Both the position numbers and the translations under genes were made by a program. A stretch of DNA of 35,610 bases, taken from Craspedostauros australis (lineage: Eukaryota). The notes beneath the pieces are model-generated. The model worked only from the letters and a program-made list of their open reading frames with translations. It was not told the origin of the DNA and searched no databases. Location: contig JALAGF010003942.1 of the NCBI GenBank assembly GCA_030167865.1, positions 1 to 35,610 of the forward strand, written 5' to 3'. Positions 33,678 through 35,610 of this stretch are shown in pieces; position 1 is the stretch's first letter; each line of letters starts with the position of its first letter.

Positions 33678-33883
33678 GATGGCGCGAAAACGAAAATCAT
33701 TTTCAGTCGTGCTTCCGAGTGCGGATCCGAGTGGTCAAATATCATTCCGACTGCCATGGGAGCACTAAACACAAGCATACCTCCATACCATCGCACTCAA
33801 ACACAATATAGACCATATGGTTGTGACCGCCTCGGAGAGGGGATTCTAACATGATATCTATTGTACAGATTGAGCCAAAGACC

Positions 33884-34010
33884 GCTAAGTCCGGAGACTT
33901 CAAAGATGGAGAGTCGAATTTCTCGAAGAAAAGAGGCATGATCCTACCGGACTCCTGTAGAATTCTACGTGTAACCAACTGTAACCAACGAGATCAAAAA
34001 ATCCCGGTCT
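33884..34010. repeat. Inner right-end inverted repeat block
   Basis: GCTAAGTCCGGAGA (33884-33897) and TGTAACCAACTGTAAC (33970-33985) are exact reverse complements of left-end motifs. They are followed by a degenerate CCGGTCT. Confidence 0.85.
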
Positions 34011-34017
34011 GTCCGTC

Positions 34018-34741
34018 TGTTAGGAATCGAGGGTACGACTTTGTCGGAATACCCGTGATTGCCGCACCTCTCAACATTATTCGTCACAGCTTTGAATATT
34101 ATTCGTCACATGTTCGGAGACTATTTGTCACATCTTTGTATACCATGTCATTATGACTATGACTAAGTATACGGACGCGATTGATACCTGCACTACCGCG
34201 AGGAGGGTAGTCTGTCCTCAGGTAACGTAAGGACGACACCCATGGCGGATCAGAAGGTCCCAATACCGAACCATCCATAGCAACCATGCAGACGATGACG
34301 TCGATCATGACAGCAGATTGATGGGCAAGCGACGCACCCCATTCAGAGGACAGCACGCTCCCCTCCTACAGACAAGAACATCCACAGGTTTGGAACATCA
34401 GAAAGGATCAGAACAGCCACAGGTTTGGAACATCGCCAAAGCTGACATCGATCGTGGGACGATGGCATCATGAGATCAATGACGGAAACATGAGATAGGC
34501 AAGTGCTCAGGACTGCAGATCCCTACCATGCAAGCGTAGACAGCTACGACGATGCAGAGGCAAGCAACATCAATGCCAAGACAAGGAAGCAAGAACAGAG
34601 CATGATGAATGAAGAGAGAAGCACCTAAGAGACAACATGACGCCCCGTGTCGCCACCGCGACAGATGCCTACCATGAAAAATGAAATCGGAAGAGAAAGT
34701 GAGATTGTGCTCACAGTTCTAAAACGGTACAGTTTCTAACA
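34018..34741. mobile_element. Possible solo-LTR or small TIR element (TGTTAGGAA...TTTCTAACA)
   Basis: TG...CA termini with an 8/9 inverted match, non-coding, internal direct repeats. No clean TSD, PBS or PPT found. Confidence 0.4.
34375..34434. repeat. 25-bp direct repeat, 2 copies, period 35 (AGAACA[T/G]CCACAGGTTTGGAACATC)
   Basis: Copies at 34375-34399 and 34410-34434. Confidence 0.9.
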
Positions 34742-34979
34742 GCGGATTAGATTACAGTACTAACTATAACCCCGGATTTCCACCATCCGTCGTCCGATGG
34801 AAAAACCACACCAATGGGGTCAACAAACAGATAAAGATCGACAAGATGGTAGTAACAACAAGATTATGTTATTGCTTTCCTGGATAGCCCTGAGTCTTAA
34901 GTTTACGTAGATGCAAAGAGATATTCGATTGAGTGTCTACAACTTTAAGTCTGAGATCGGGAAAATTGGATCCAAAATC

Positions 34980-35025
34980 TGTAACCAATTGTAACCAATT
35001 TTTGGGGTCCGGCTCTTTGAGGCAC
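34980..35025. repeat. Outer right-end inverted repeat block (subterminal repeat plus 17-bp TIR)
   Basis: TGTAACCAATTGTAAC (34980-34995) and CCGGCTCTTTGAGGCAC (35009-35025). Confidence 0.85.
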
Positions 35026-35032
35026 AAGTGTA

Positions 35033-35610
35033 TGTCAGGAATCGGGTGTTCTGGAACACTGCGTTACCGCACCTCCCAATGGTGGATAGGATCGAGCGTC
35101 TTGAAATATAGTGTTACCGCACCCCCCAATGTGGCTCCTCGTGAGACTCTGAAATATGAGGCGCATGGCGAAGGAGCCAACACCGCGTAACAAATGTGCA
35201 AGGGGCGGAGATGAACGACTCGCGACCAACTTCACCATAACGTGATAATTGCCCCATGTCGCAGCAAACAAGAAAAGAGGTTTCGAAAAGGACCAGGGTC
35301 ACGAAGTGCTAAATGGCACGCGTGCGAGCCCCACATGACAAGCCGGCGAGTGTTGAGTGACGACGGATGACTGCCTCAACACGAGACATTGTGAAAACAG
35401 TCATCGGACCTGTTTTCGTGGAACGTGGAGATGGCGAACCCTGAATGGGGTCCTATTGTGAGTTGTCCGAGGACTATTTCCGACCAGTATTTTCGATGAA
35501 AACGATTAGTAAAGAGGGAAGAAGTACATTGAAAGCTGTCATGGCCTGGCCGAGTACTGGAGGTCACCGAAGGCTTGCATGCCCCGGTTGTACGCCCTCT
35601 GACTAACTCC
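35033..35610. mobile_element. Second LTR-like sequence related to 34018, probably running off the window
   Basis: Starts TGTCAGGAATCG...GGAACAC...TTACCGCACCTCCCAA, alignable to 34018-34074. Contains a ~49-bp internal tandem duplication (35063/35113). Confidence 0.35.

Larger units (their letters stand above)
30521..35025 (-). mobile_element. piggyBac-family DNA transposon (~4.5 kb) with 17-bp TIRs and subterminal inverted repeats
   Basis: GTGCCTCAAAGAGCCGG (30521-30537) is the exact reverse complement of 35009-35025, and the interval contains a piggyBac-type transposase. The extent is less certain than the family because a second right-end-like block lies at 33884-34010. Confidence 0.75.

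Noticed and set aside
34375-34434. Spaced direct repeats resembling a mini CRISPR array (also 35063/35113)
   Set aside because: Only two copies each, spacer too short or itself duplicated, eukaryotic context and no cas genes.
34770-34785. Minus-strand TGGTGGAAATCCGGGG resembling a tRNA-Ala primer-binding site
   Set aside because: Imperfect match, not directly preceded by an LTR-ending CA and no gag-pol downstream; likely chance.
30650-34947. TTAA sites at ~30650, ~34897 and ~34944 as piggyBac target duplications
   Set aside because: They lie inside the inverted-repeat-bounded unit and are not adjacent to matching TIRs.
33978-35610. Cargo nuclease (Fanzor/TnpB) or guide RNA within the transposon
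   Set aside because: No ORF with RuvC/Zn-finger motifs and no supportable structured RNA seen.

Overview
Eukaryotic genomic DNA, most likely a diatom or related stramenopile (inferred from intron-poor GC-rich genes, poly-Q/N tracts, many microsatellites and the protein families present). Positions 1-30100 hold about ten protein-coding genes: a large hypothetical protein with a probable 339-nt in-frame intron, a small Cys-rich membrane protein, a DUF4239/bestrophin-like membrane protein, a Q/N-rich low-complexity protein, a Ser-rich protein with a C-terminal ARM-like region, a small basic hypothetical protein, an Arc1p/AIMP1-like tRNA-synthetase cofactor and three tandem GT92/GT-A-like glycosyltransferases. 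Positions ~30520-35610 are a transposon nest. It contains a piggyBac-family (DDD) transposase broken by a single in-frame TGA just before its Cys-rich C-terminal domain. The element has perfect 17-bp terminal inverted repeats (GTGCCTCAAAGAGCCGG) with no TTAA target site and two alternative right ends. Each right end is followed directly by a related TG-starting, LTR-like sequence. All calls are by eye; no database searches were run.
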